NCBI GenBank assembly: GCA_017631385.1
Contig: JAGBTH010000068.1
Span: 1 to 51,022 of the forward strand
Source: Kiritimatiellia bacterium
GTDB taxonomy: Bacteria > Verrucomicrobiota > Kiritimatiellia > RFP12 > UBA1067
Length of the DNA: 51,022 nt
Direction of reading: 5' to 3'
Below, one piece after another: positions 40,504 to 50,180 of this stretch. A program made the translations under genes and the position numbers. Position 1 is the stretch's first letter. Each line of letters starts with the position of its first letter. Under the pieces are notes generated by a model, which ran no database searches, was not told where the DNA came from, and saw only the letters and a program-made list of their open reading frames with translations.

Positions 40504-40533
40504 ATTATATCACAACTCACCCTTTAAAGTCCA
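40504..40533 (-). promoter_or_regulatory. Probable promoter of secDF
   Basis: TGGACT-N18-TATAAT with TG extension. Confidence 0.55.
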
Positions 40534-40713
40534 CAGAATCGCCAAGATTTTTAATTAGTGCGCACCTCTCATCGTCGAGCTCGTGAGGGGGTAAAACGAT
40601 GGGATTTTATTTCATTTGAAATTAGAGCACATTTTTAACCAAATTTTAACCCTAAAAAATATTTTCGTTCCACAAAAAAAAATAAATTTATTTTTAAAGA
40701 AACCCTCTCCTTA

Positions 40714-41970
40714 TTACTCTGCCTTAAACTCTATCGTCATCACGTTACCACTAATACTTTCATTAATTATGATAAATTTCCCTTCCGATGGTCGTGATCC
40801 GTTAGTCAAAGCGACATTCTTATCCCGAACAAGCGTTTTAATATTTCTGCGAATCCAAGCTGAAGCTTCTGACGACTGACCTTCGACAAAACGCACCGAC
40901 ATAGTTCCTATTCTATTATGCGAATTATATTCCAAAGAAATAGGCTTTAAAGTTAATACAGCCGCACTACCGTTTAAACGAAGACCATCTCGTTTAAAGC
41001 CCGAAAACGACACCTGGAGCGATGCGATATCTGCCGAAGGGAACGCATCAACATAATCCTCTTTAAGAGATTTGGCAAAATCCTGCAAGACCTTCTGCCA
41101 CGCTTTCTTGAAATCCGCCGGATTCTTAACAAGCTCAAGTTCAAAAGCATATGAGAAATTGTTATTGGAATCGCGGTCAAGTCGGACAATATTGTGCTTA
41201 GGAGCCGTAGAAACATCCGCCGTCTTCTTCTTTAACATGGCATCTATCTTGCCGGAATCTTCCAATTCTTTTAATTTAACAGCAAGACCATAAGCGAGAG
41301 ATCTTTGCTCAAGCCCTGTGGAAAAATCAGGACCTTTAAAACTGCCAAGTGCAGCAGATCCATATGCCTCATGTCCATCACCCAAAACTCCTTTATTTTG
41401 ATTATATATTTCACTTACGAATGGATAAGTCATTGTCATAGTTTGAGTGTGTTGACTAAAAACACAGTGTCCTTCGACAGCAGGCGAATCGGTATGCCAC
41501 AACAATGGAGATGGGAATAAATGAGAAGTTGCACGATCACCAACATTCAAAATCTCAAAGGAAGCGTGTACATTCTCAATGCCTTCAATCTCAATTACAC
41601 ATTCATATATCGCTTCTTGTTTTTGTGTATGGGGAATTATCTGTAAACTAAATAGCGACAATAAAAACGATCCAAACTGTGATGTAGAATGAAAATCTCC
41701 ATTTTTTAATCTAGCACGAAGCACAATAGGAATACCACCTTCTACTCTGAATACATTTGGCTGATGCTCCGAAAGAAACTTCCAATTCGTTTCTATTGCC
41801 TGCGTACCTTCTCCTTGATAACCACAAACAAGACTATAACGTTGACGCGTTGAAATATTTGAGCCAAGATTTTTAACCTTCGCGACCGAAGAATCTCGTA
41901 CACTTTCTGTAATACATCCTGAAATACAAACAAGTACAAGAGGACTGATAATTTTAACTATGCTTTTCAT
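40714..41970 (-). CDS. Array lipoprotein type A (unknown family)
   Basis: Lipobox ISGC; QPNVF..GIP; hydrophobic hairpin; LAYGLAVKLKELEDSG; shared C-terminal domain ending IEFKAE. Confidence 0.85.
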   Translation of the reverse strand: MKSIVKIISPLVLVCISGCITESVRDSSVAKVKNLGSNISTRQRYSLVCGYQGEGTQAIETNWKFLSEHQPNVFRVEGGIPIVLRARLKNGDFHSTSQFGSFLLSLFSLQIIPHTQKQEAIYECVIEIEGIENVHASFEILNVGDRATSHLFPSPLLWHTDSPAVEGHCVFSQHTQTMTMTYPFVSEIYNQNKGVLGDGHEAYGSAALGSFKGPDFSTGLEQRSLAYGLAVKLKELEDSGKIDAMLKKKTADVSTAPKHNIVRLDRDSNNNFSYAFELELVKNPADFKKAWQKVLQDFAKSLKEDYVDAFPSADIASLQVSFSGFKRDGLRLNGSAAVLTLKPISLEYNSHNRIGTMSVRFVEGQSSEASAWIRRNIKTLVRDKNVALTNGSRPSEGKFIIINESISGNVMTIEFKAE

Positions 41971-41985
41971 CGTTAACTCCTTTAT

Positions 41986-43212
41986 TTATTCTATTGTAAA
42001 CGAAACTTCGAGGACACCATCCTTCATCTCTTCTCGTTCAGAGAAAAAGCGGCCCTCCTTCGGCACGGCATCACCCATGACTTCAATATTGCTCTTTCGG
42101 GCAAGGTCGCCAATATTGCGTCTGATCCATCGCCGTACATCTTCAAACTGTCCGTTTTGAACACGGACACGGATAATGCCTTTTCTTGTGCGGGAATCAT
42201 ACGAAAGAGATTCGGGAGAAATCGAGAGAACTGCCACGCGACCACTTACAGTTCCTGCTTTCAATGTATAATCCGTAAAATCAATCTCTAATGTACGAGG
42301 ATTAATGTCAGGATGCAACGAAGCGTAATGTGTTCTTATAGCAGAGCGGAAAACGCTGCGAACAACACTGTAATCTGCAAATGTTATGCCTTCACCACCT
42401 TTTCGCCGCAACGCAAACACATACGAAAAATCCTTCCCCTGTTCGGCTTCACATCGTGTGATCTCAAACGGCGACCCTTGTTTATTCTTATCTACCGAGA
42501 CCTGAACGCCACGACGTGCGGCATCATCATCAATAATCTTCTGGACCGTCGCCAAGATATCAGTCATCGCTATCCCCACTCGCGCCTTTGCCACAAGATT
42601 TTGATTGATCAACCCCAACTGTTCAGCCTCCTTGAGTTTAACTGCTATTCCGTATGCCGATGCCTTTTCATGCAACTCCACAATTTGCAAATAATGCAAA
42701 GAATTCATATCGTAATTGAATGAATAAAACTTGCCCGTAGATGGGAAACATGATTTCATATCACTAAAATGAACCATTCCGGCGAAAAGCGGAATTAGTG
42801 AAGAAGCCATATCATCGTAAACACAAACATCAAATGAGAAAATCTCTTTTGACTCAATAGAAACTGAAGTTCGCTGATGATAATGAGCAGTAGTGAAAGA
42901 AGGAAATACACCAATCGTCATAAGAGAAAACATCCTAGATAGTGATCCTGATTTCTTGTGATAAATTTTTTTATTCGTAATCACTATCGGTATGCCATCA
43001 TCCGAAAATACATCTGGCTGATATTCTTGCAATCTATCCCCCTGAGACCTTCCATACAAATCTTTTTCTTCCGAAACAACCCGATAACGGTACTTTGTCG
43101 AAACCTTTTCTCCATAATCTTGAACATTTGCCGATGCCGCCATACGCCCGTATCGGCACCCCACAAGCAGCGACATCACACTGACAACGAGAATGTATAA
43201 TTTTCTGGCCAT
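41986..43212 (-). CDS. Array lipoprotein type B (unknown family)
   Basis: Lipobox LVGC; YQPDVFSDDGIP; MTIGVFP; AYGIAVKLKEAE; ends VSFTIE. Confidence 0.85.
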   Translation of the reverse strand: MARKLYILVVSVMSLLVGCRYGRMAASANVQDYGEKVSTKYRYRVVSEEKDLYGRSQGDRLQEYQPDVFSDDGIPIVITNKKIYHKKSGSLSRMFSLMTIGVFPSFTTAHYHQRTSVSIESKEIFSFDVCVYDDMASSLIPLFAGMVHFSDMKSCFPSTGKFYSFNYDMNSLHYLQIVELHEKASAYGIAVKLKEAEQLGLINQNLVAKARVGIAMTDILATVQKIIDDDAARRGVQVSVDKNKQGSPFEITRCEAEQGKDFSYVFALRRKGGEGITFADYSVVRSVFRSAIRTHYASLHPDINPRTLEIDFTDYTLKAGTVSGRVAVLSISPESLSYDSRTRKGIIRVRVQNGQFEDVRRWIRRNIGDLARKSNIEVMGDAVPKEGRFFSEREEMKDGVLEVSFTIE

Positions 43213-43215
43213 TGC

Positions 43216-44394
43216 CTACTCCACTCTGAATGAAATTTCGAGCATTCCACCGTTCAACTTCTCGCCTTCGAGATAAAACACTGCGGACGGAGGTATGGTT
43301 TTCGCATCAAGCGCGATGTTTTTATCTCTTGCGATCGACTCGATGTTCTTTCTTGCATATTTCCTTGCATCTTCAAACTGATTTTCCCCAATCCTTATCC
43401 GCATAACGCCCCTTCGACGATGAGAATCGTATTCCAATGATGCAACGGAGAAGGTTAAAGCGACCGCGTTTCCTACCACCCTCCCGTTCTGCAAAGAGAA
43501 CTTCGGAAAATCAATGACAACCGATCTGGAAACATCAGGAAAGGATAATAGATAATCTTCACGAATCATTGCCCTTAAAATCTTTTTCAATTCCCGCGAT
43601 TCACGTACTGCAACACTGCCGCTGTCACGGCGTTTCAGAGCGAATGAATAACGGTAAGCGCAATCATCATTCTTCTCAAACTCTACAATCTCATATTTGT
43701 CACTCACCGAATTTTGAAACGTCTCATTTCTATCTGCATGCTTATTATTCGCCTCTGCAATCAAACCGTTATCTTCCATCTTTTTCAACAATGCCGCGAT
43801 AGCGTATGCCTTCAATTCTATTCCTTCATCACGAGAGAAGCTATCACCAGCTCCAATCTCTTGAATAAAGCTATACTCCTTCAATTCTTTTGGAGCAGAT
43901 GCATTGCCTCTATAGAACAAATATGATATCGGAGTGTTAGCAATCGCATGTCGCCGCTGCCAATACTCATCATACTCTATATGTGCATCTGGATTATTCT
44001 GAACTTCTATAGTATTACGGCATGACCTTTCACCACCGCCAAAGCCGGGAATCGTACAAAGAGTAAAAGCCGATAAAGGAGCATAGTCAAAGCGATCTCT
44101 TTTAAGCTCCTTCCATTTAAGCACAAAAGGGACACCATCATCCGAAAAAACACCTGGCTGAAATCGCTTTAAATTTTCATTCGTAAACTGCAATTCATAC
44201 GTACTACCAGACATCACATCCACATTGGCCGTTTCTGCTTTGTGCTTCGCGTCAACCAATGTATAACGATTACGAGTAGTAATCGGCTTTATTCCTCCCT
44301 CGACAGAAACAAAATAAGCCCTACGCTCATGCACGCATCCAGCAATGCAAGATAAGAAAACAGAAAAAAGAATAAAAGCAGAAAAAGGCTTCAT
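43216..44394 (-). CDS. Array lipoprotein type C (unknown family)
   Basis: Start moved to ATG at 44394; lipobox IAGC; FQPGVFSDDGVP; FTLCTIP; AYAIAALLKKME; ends ISFRVE. Confidence 0.85.
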   Translation of the reverse strand: MKPFSAFILFSVFLSCIAGCVHERRAYFVSVEGGIKPITTRNRYTLVDAKHKAETANVDVMSGSTYELQFTNENLKRFQPGVFSDDGVPFVLKWKELKRDRFDYAPLSAFTLCTIPGFGGGERSCRNTIEVQNNPDAHIEYDEYWQRRHAIANTPISYLFYRGNASAPKELKEYSFIQEIGAGDSFSRDEGIELKAYAIAALLKKMEDNGLIAEANNKHADRNETFQNSVSDKYEIVEFEKNDDCAYRYSFALKRRDSGSVAVRESRELKKILRAMIREDYLLSFPDVSRSVVIDFPKFSLQNGRVVGNAVALTFSVASLEYDSHRRRGVMRIRIGENQFEDARKYARKNIESIARDKNIALDAKTIPPSAVFYLEGEKLNGGMLEISFRVE

Positions 44395-44460
44395 TATAGT
44401 TTTATCTTTCTTTGGATACCTTTTCACACAACCTTACCAGTTTTTAAATTATAGACAGCA
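44394..44460 (-). pseudogene. Remnant of the 3' end of the LpoB-like gene
   Basis: Reads AVYNLKTGKVV*KGIQRKIKL* versus AVYNLKTGKVVWEGIQRKINL* at 48176-48242. Confidence 0.88.
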
Positions 44461-44479
44461 TTGCGAAACTCTCTCTTTA

Positions 44480-45730
44480 TCATTCTGCCTTAAACTCTAT
44501 CGTCATCACATTACCATTAATTTTTTCATTAATTATGATAAACTTCCCTTCCAATGGTCGTGATCCGTTAGTTAAAGCGACATTCTTATCTCGAACAAGC
44601 GTTTTAATATTTCTGCGAATCCAAACTGAAGCTTCTGACGACTGACCTTTGACAAAACGCACCGACATAGTTCCTATTCTATTATGCGAATTATATTCAA
44701 AAGAAATAGGCTTTAAAGTTAATACTGCCGCACTACCACTTAAACGGAGCCCATCTCGTTTAAAACCAGAGAACAACACTTCGAGAGATGCGATATCTGC
44801 CGAAGGGAACGCATCAATATAATCCTCTTTAAGCGATTTTGCAAATTCTTGCAAGACACCTCGGAATGCATTCTTTAAATCTACAGGATTTTCAGCAAGC
44901 TCTAATTCGAAGGAGTATGAAAAACTCTTATTGGTATCACGATCAAGACGAATAATGCTGTGCTTAGGAGCAGTTGATATATCCGCAGCCTTCTTTTTTA
45001 ACATGGCATCTATCTTACCAGAATCTTCTAGCTCCTTTAGCTTAACAGCAATACCATAGGCTAAAGCACGCTGGGTCAAACCACTTTGAACGATATGACG
45101 CGGAGCATGCATTGAGATTAAACTTGCTGATACATTCTCTCCTAATACACCTTGATTCTCCCGATATAATTCATTTCCATTATATGCAACATAAAATGTA
45201 TTCTGACAAAAAGCACGGTATCCATCTATCGAAGAAGTTCCTCTAGAAACTAACAAAGATGTTGGGACAAAATAAGTTCTAGCCCCAGAGGAGAAACTAC
45301 CAACTGTAAACGAGTGAATATCATCTGCAACACCATCAAACTCAAATGCACATTGATGTTTATGTCCACTACTACCGACTCCTATCGGAGGAATCATGGC
45401 CGCACTGCAAAGTTGAAAAATCCAATTAAAAATACCCACCCACGATCCCCCGATTCCTCCACAACCAAAATGTCGCACACGAAGCGAAATGGGTATGCCA
45501 TCCCTTGAAAAAACTTTAGGTTGATAATTTGCAAAAACGTTACCATCAAAATCAATATTTTCTGACGATTCACCTTCATACGCACACGTAACGCGATATT
45601 TATGACGCGTTGACACTTCTGGGCCTATATCTGGCACCATAGCAATTGCGCTTTCTCTGATATGTTCATTCACACACCCTGTAATAGCTACAAATACGGG
45701 GATAATTATTATCTTATATACAGCATTCAT
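44480..45730 (-). CDS. Array lipoprotein type A' (paralog of 40714..41970)
   Basis: Lipobox ITGC; C-terminal ~190 aa very similar to A; divergent N-terminal half. Confidence 0.85.
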   Translation of the reverse strand: MNAVYKIIIIPVFVAITGCVNEHIRESAIAMVPDIGPEVSTRHKYRVTCAYEGESSENIDFDGNVFANYQPKVFSRDGIPISLRVRHFGCGGIGGSWVGIFNWIFQLCSAAMIPPIGVGSSGHKHQCAFEFDGVADDIHSFTVGSFSSGARTYFVPTSLLVSRGTSSIDGYRAFCQNTFYVAYNGNELYRENQGVLGENVSASLISMHAPRHIVQSGLTQRALAYGIAVKLKELEDSGKIDAMLKKKAADISTAPKHSIIRLDRDTNKSFSYSFELELAENPVDLKNAFRGVLQEFAKSLKEDYIDAFPSADIASLEVLFSGFKRDGLRLSGSAAVLTLKPISFEYNSHNRIGTMSVRFVKGQSSEASVWIRRNIKTLVRDKNVALTNGSRPLEGKFIIINEKINGNVMTIEFKAE

Positions 45731-45743
45731 TATTATTCCTTAA

Positions 45744-46976
45744 TTATTCTATTGAAAATAAAACTTCAAGAACACCATCCCTCATCTCTTCGCGTTCCGA
45801 GAAGAAGCGACCATTCTTCGGGATGGCATCACCTACAACATCAACATTGCTCTTTCGAGCGAGATCTCCGAGATTACATCTAATCCATCGACGAGCAGCT
45901 TCCAACTGACCATCTCTGATTCGCACACGAATAGCACCTTTTCTAGTACGAGAATCATACGATAGCGATTCTGAAGAAATCGAGAGAACTATTACGCGCC
46001 CACTCACAATCCCTGCCTTCAACGAATAATCTGTAAAATCAATTTCTAAAGTTCGAGGATTGATATCAGGATGTAGCGAAGAATAATGCGTTCTAATAGC
46101 AGAGCGAAAAACACTACGTACGACACTGAAATCAGAAAAAGTTATTGCGCCGCCCCCTTTACGCCGCAATGAAAAAGCATAAGAAAAATCCTTTCCTTGA
46201 TCTGGCTCACATCTAATGATCTCAAATGGAGACTCTTGATTACTCTTATCTGCCGAAACTGAAACTCCACGCCGTGCGGCGTCATCATCAATTATTTTCT
46301 GCACTGTCGATAAAATATCTGTCATCGCAACTCCTACTCGGGCTTTCGCTACAAGATTTCCATCAATTAGACCAGATTCTTCAGCTTCTTTAAGTTTACT
46401 TGCTATTCCATAAGCTAAAACCTCTTTATATATATCATTCACAGCAATACTTTTAGATTCCAAATTATAAGAAACACTAAAATCCTTACTCTTAGAAAAA
46501 CACGATTCGCCATTATCACAAAGAACTAAAATACGAGAAACAATCGGCATAAAAGACCACCACTCTTTTTTAGTTATACAAACTTGTGCCGAGGTTATTT
46601 CCTTTGCCCCAATTGAAATCGTCTGGCTCTTATGAGAGTGTACGGTCTCAGAATATGGAAATAGATTATATGTACACACCGAAATCAAACCAAGCAAACT
46701 ATCAGGGCCTCCCGACTTCTTACGTAAAACCGTTTTATTAGTAATCACTATCGGTACGCCATCATTAGAAAATACATTAGGCTGATACGATTGTAGCTTT
46801 TCCCCCAAAGTATCTCCATAGTAATCTTTTTCTTCAAAGACAATTTTATAACGATATTTCGTTGAAACTTTATCTCCTAAATCTTGAACATTCGCAGAGG
46901 CTACAATTCGACCAGAGATACACCCTGCTAACATTGCCGTTATACTAAAAAAAACAAAAAATATTTTTATTTTCAT
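45744..46976 (-). CDS. Array lipoprotein type B' (paralog of 41986..43212)
   Basis: Lipobox LAGC; shares ASANVQD.G.KVSTKYRY and the C-terminal half with B. Confidence 0.85.
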   Translation of the reverse strand: MKIKIFFVFFSITAMLAGCISGRIVASANVQDLGDKVSTKYRYKIVFEEKDYYGDTLGEKLQSYQPNVFSNDGVPIVITNKTVLRKKSGGPDSLLGLISVCTYNLFPYSETVHSHKSQTISIGAKEITSAQVCITKKEWWSFMPIVSRILVLCDNGESCFSKSKDFSVSYNLESKSIAVNDIYKEVLAYGIASKLKEAEESGLIDGNLVAKARVGVAMTDILSTVQKIIDDDAARRGVSVSADKSNQESPFEIIRCEPDQGKDFSYAFSLRRKGGGAITFSDFSVVRSVFRSAIRTHYSSLHPDINPRTLEIDFTDYSLKAGIVSGRVIVLSISSESLSYDSRTRKGAIRVRIRDGQLEAARRWIRCNLGDLARKSNVDVVGDAIPKNGRFFSEREEMRDGVLEVLFSIE

Positions 46977-46979
46977 AAT

Positions 46980-48176
46980 TTATTCTACCCTAAATAAAAT
47001 TTCGAGAGTACTACCATCTAACTTTTCTCCCTCAAGATAATATACTGCCGTTGGAGGTATTTTATTCGCCTCAAGCGCAATATTTTTATCTCGTGCGAGA
47101 AATGCTATATTTTTTCTCACATATTTTCTAGCATCTTCAAACTGATTTTCGCCAATACTTACGCGCATTAATCCGGCACGCTTATGAGGATCATACTCCA
47201 AAGATACAACCGAAAACGTCAACGCAACAGCCTCACCAGCGACTGTACCATTTTGGAATGAGAATTTAGAGAAATCAATAACTACTGAATGTGATACATC
47301 AGGAAATGAAGCAAGATAATCATCACGAATCATCGCCCTTAAAATCTTTTTCAATTCACGAGATTCTCGCACCGTAATACTATTACCATCACGACGCTTC
47401 AAATTAAATGCATATCGGTAATTACAGTCTTGTTTCTTATTAAAATCAATAATATCATATCTTTCACTCACTGAGTTTTGAAGAACTTCATTCCGATCTG
47501 CGTATTTATTATTTGATTCTAAAATTAAACCCTCATCTTCCATTTTTTTCAATAGTGCTGCTATAGCATAAGCCTTCAATTCTATTCCACTATCAATCTT
47601 ATAGCTACCCCCGCTCTCATATTCTTGAACACGACTATATTTAGCCAATCCTTTAGGAACTGAAGCGTCCCCCCGATAAAACAAATATGATATCGGCGTA
47701 TTCGCGATAACCGATCGATATTGACAATACTCGTCATACTCAGTACGCGCATCTGGATTGCCAATCACCTCTATTAAATTACGCCACGAACTTTCACCAC
47801 CTCCAATAATCGGAATTGTAACAAATGTTATTGCAGAAAGAAAATTATAAGCAATATCAAAATCATTATATGACTGACTTCTTTTAATTCCCGAACTCCT
47901 AAGTACAAATGGAATACCATCGCTAGAAAAAACATTTGGCTGAAATCGCTTTAAACTTTCATTTGTAAATTGTAATTTATATGTACTACCCGACATTACA
48001 TCTACATTAGCTGTTTCAGCCTTGTGCTTCGCGTCAACCAATGTATAGCGATTACGAGTAACTACTGGCTTTATTCCGCCTTCAACTGAGACGAAATGAG
48101 CTACTCGCTTATGCTCACAGCCCAAAATACACAAACTAACGAAGAATAATCGGAAGAAGGCTAAAAATATCTTCAT
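46980..48176 (-). CDS. Array lipoprotein type C' (paralog of 43216..44394)
   Basis: Start moved to ATG at 48176 (TAATG overlap with upstream stop); lipobox ILGC; TRNRYTLVDAKHKAETANVDVMSGSTY identical to C. Confidence 0.85.
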   Translation of the reverse strand: MKIFLAFFRLFFVSLCILGCEHKRVAHFVSVEGGIKPVVTRNRYTLVDAKHKAETANVDVMSGSTYKLQFTNESLKRFQPNVFSSDGIPFVLRSSGIKRSQSYNDFDIAYNFLSAITFVTIPIIGGGESSWRNLIEVIGNPDARTEYDEYCQYRSVIANTPISYLFYRGDASVPKGLAKYSRVQEYESGGSYKIDSGIELKAYAIAALLKKMEDEGLILESNNKYADRNEVLQNSVSERYDIIDFNKKQDCNYRYAFNLKRRDGNSITVRESRELKKILRAMIRDDYLASFPDVSHSVVIDFSKFSFQNGTVAGEAVALTFSVVSLEYDPHKRAGLMRVSIGENQFEDARKYVRKNIAFLARDKNIALEANKIPPTAVYYLEGEKLDGSTLEILFRVE

Positions 48177-48733
48177 TACAGATTGATCTTTCTTTGGATG
48201 CCTTCCCACACAACCTTACCTGTTTTTAAATTATAGACAGCAAGGCGTAGTTGATAAGTTAACTGTCCTTGGGAGATAAACGACTCGCGAATATCACCCG
48301 ACACTATAAAGTCAGGCGCATCATGGCCACCTACTGCATTCATTAATGCCGAGACGTTCTCGATGCCGCCATCAGCACCCCAGACAATCCGGGAGAGCAT
48401 CATATCCGCCGCGTTATCATCCTTAACCTCGAAAATACCAGTATCGAACAATGCCACTCGCACAAGATCATCCACAGCGCGACCCATCGAACGCACTTCG
48501 GCTCTAGGTGTTTTATTTGCTATCGGAGACTGACAAACAATCGGCATCGCACCTTTAGCCGTTTTAACTGCATTATAATTTTTAGTAAATTGAGGGTGTC
48601 GGCGCATATTCTCCATTAACATCTGAACCGAGGTTTCCAGATCGCACCTCTCAGAAGGCGGAGCTGAAACGCAACCGCCCAAGACATAACTCGCTACCAA
48701 CGCTGTAACCGTAATAATTATCTTATTTTTCAT
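48176..48733 (-). CDS. LpoB/CsgG-fold-like lipoprotein
   Basis: Start moved to ATG at 48733; lipobox LGGC; IANKT, APDFIVSGDI, YQLRLAVYNLKTGKVVW as in LpoB-like proteins. Confidence 0.7.
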   Translation of the reverse strand: MKNKIIITVTALVASYVLGGCVSAPPSERCDLETSVQMLMENMRRHPQFTKNYNAVKTAKGAMPIVCQSPIANKTPRAEVRSMGRAVDDLVRVALFDTGIFEVKDDNAADMMLSRIVWGADGGIENVSALMNAVGGHDAPDFIVSGDIRESFISQGQLTYQLRLAVYNLKTGKVVWEGIQRKINL

Positions 48734-48743
48734 ATTTTTCTCC

Positions 48744-50180
48744 TTAATATTCGAATTTTGTATTATCATCTGAAATAAACTTCTCTAACGCAGAAAACTG
48801 CTTTATTATACTATCGGCGATATCAGAATCAGCTCGTTTAGCTATCTCTAATGTTTTTCTTATATAGGGTAAAATTGGTCGGCACAACATCTTCCGAATC
48901 TTAATTATTTTGTCCGAAGAAATATCTTTATCCTTAAGAGACTGCAATGCATTTTCTAACGCCAAGGTTTTATCATTTAATTTCCTTATTGATTTCTCAT
49001 ACTTAATTTGCCACTTTCTCCATCTCGTTTTTTTCTCGGCCTCAATAGCGTTACCTCGTGCAACAATCCCTCTTAATCCAGTCACTTGAGTATTCGCTCC
49101 TGATATATTTATTGGCGTTTCAGATAATTCTACACACTCCTCCAATGTGGAATTAAATTCTTTATAAGCTAAAATTATCTCCTGTACATATTGATCAAAT
49201 TGCGATAGATCTACGGCGTGCCCATTCACGCCAAAATTACCATCTTTACTGGATGCATTTTGTGCTGACTGTCTATTTTCTTTAGGGGGCACTATGTCAA
49301 TTGCATCAGATTCAACACAGACAAGCCCTTTATCTTTCCACATATCACTAAAAGTAGTTGGAAAATCCTCCACCTGCTTTTTCGTCATCCTCTTACCAGT
49401 CTGACCATCAACAATATAAAAACGCCCATCAGAATCCGATTCAAACAAAATTCCTGCGTATTTATATTGATTATTTTTTTCATGCGGAACAATATCGACT
49501 TCTCGATGAGAAGGATATTCAAAACAAAGTTGAACAATACGCCCAATCATTTCAGAGGGAAACCAACTCGGCAAAACACCTTTTCTTTTTATCTCTTCTG
49601 TAACCTCTTCTATGACCATTCCCAGCCATTTGTAATTATCTCCAAGATTTCTCGTCCCTAGTTTTTCATCCAATATTATTTTTCCATCCTTTTTATCATA
49701 CACAACTTCATCTCCACTATGTGTTGTATATTTAAAAACTTTTCCTCCAATCAATTTCACTATATCATTTACGATTCCTACACCTTCACCTCCAGGAGAA
49801 ATCTTCACCCAGTCATCAATAATATTTGAAGGTTCGTGATAAAGATCCCAAGAATACTCCTCCCAATTATTTAAATAGCCCTTCTCTTTTCCTAACTTCA
49901 TTTCTTCCAACGTAGCAGGCTTAAGAGCCGCTATATCACGGCCTAAATGTTTTGTTAGCTCAAATGGAAATTTGCCACACACCAAAACAGAAATAGCTTT
50001 TAGGTCCTCCCACGAGCCAGACCAAATCTCTGGAGAATCATTTTCCGTACATCTTGACATAAGTGGACCATTATGAATATATCCACTATCTTTGTTCGAA
50101 ACGGGGCAATACCGAGATTCTGAATACACAATATGTGTAGCAAACAACACACCGAGAATTAAAACGATTTTGTTTTTCAT
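48744..50180 (-). CDS. Secreted hypothetical protein with a possible polymorphic-toxin-like central domain and a helical C-terminus
   Basis: Signal peptide MKNKIVLILGVLFATHIVYS; YH...K...G.EVVYD..G...GT.N...H..DI.P motif; overlaps the upstream stop. Confidence 0.7.
   Translation of the reverse strand: MKNKIVLILGVLFATHIVYSESRYCPVSNKDSGYIHNGPLMSRCTENDSPEIWSGSWEDLKAISVLVCGKFPFELTKHLGRDIAALKPATLEEMKLGKEKGYLNNWEEYSWDLYHEPSNIIDDWVKISPGGEGVGIVNDIVKLIGGKVFKYTTHSGDEVVYDKKDGKIILDEKLGTRNLGDNYKWLGMVIEEVTEEIKRKGVLPSWFPSEMIGRIVQLCFEYPSHREVDIVPHEKNNQYKYAGILFESDSDGRFYIVDGQTGKRMTKKQVEDFPTTFSDMWKDKGLVCVESDAIDIVPPKENRQSAQNASSKDGNFGVNGHAVDLSQFDQYVQEIILAYKEFNSTLEECVELSETPINISGANTQVTGLRGIVARGNAIEAEKKTRWRKWQIKYEKSIRKLNDKTLALENALQSLKDKDISSDKIIKIRKMLCRPILPYIRKTLEIAKRADSDIADSIIKQFSALEKFISDDNTKFEY

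Larger units (their letters stand above)
40699..48242 (-). repeat. Tandem duplication of a ~3.77-kb three-gene unit (40699-44460 and 44465-48242)
   Basis: Colinear gene pairs A/A', B/B', C/C'; matching junction sequences at offsets 3766 and 3782. Confidence 0.9.

Noticed and set aside
40563-40592. Imperfect hairpin CCTCTCA...TGAGGGG downstream of the array
   Set aside because: No U-tract on the - strand and an imperfect stem; not enough to call a terminator or att site
44424-44426. In-frame TGA as evidence for UGA=Trp or selenocysteine
   Set aside because: It lies in a non-coding remnant; RF2 is intact and UGA ends several genes here
44395-44427. Upstream starts for C (44427) and C' (48209)
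   Set aside because: They fall inside the LpoB-like 3' sequence; TAATG coupling and signal peptides favour 44394 and 48176
40714-48242. DGR, CRISPR or integron explanation for the array
   Set aside because: No reverse transcriptase, adenine-specific TR/VR pair, repeat-spacer pattern, attC-like sites or integrase seen in the window; the upstream part of the locus lies outside it
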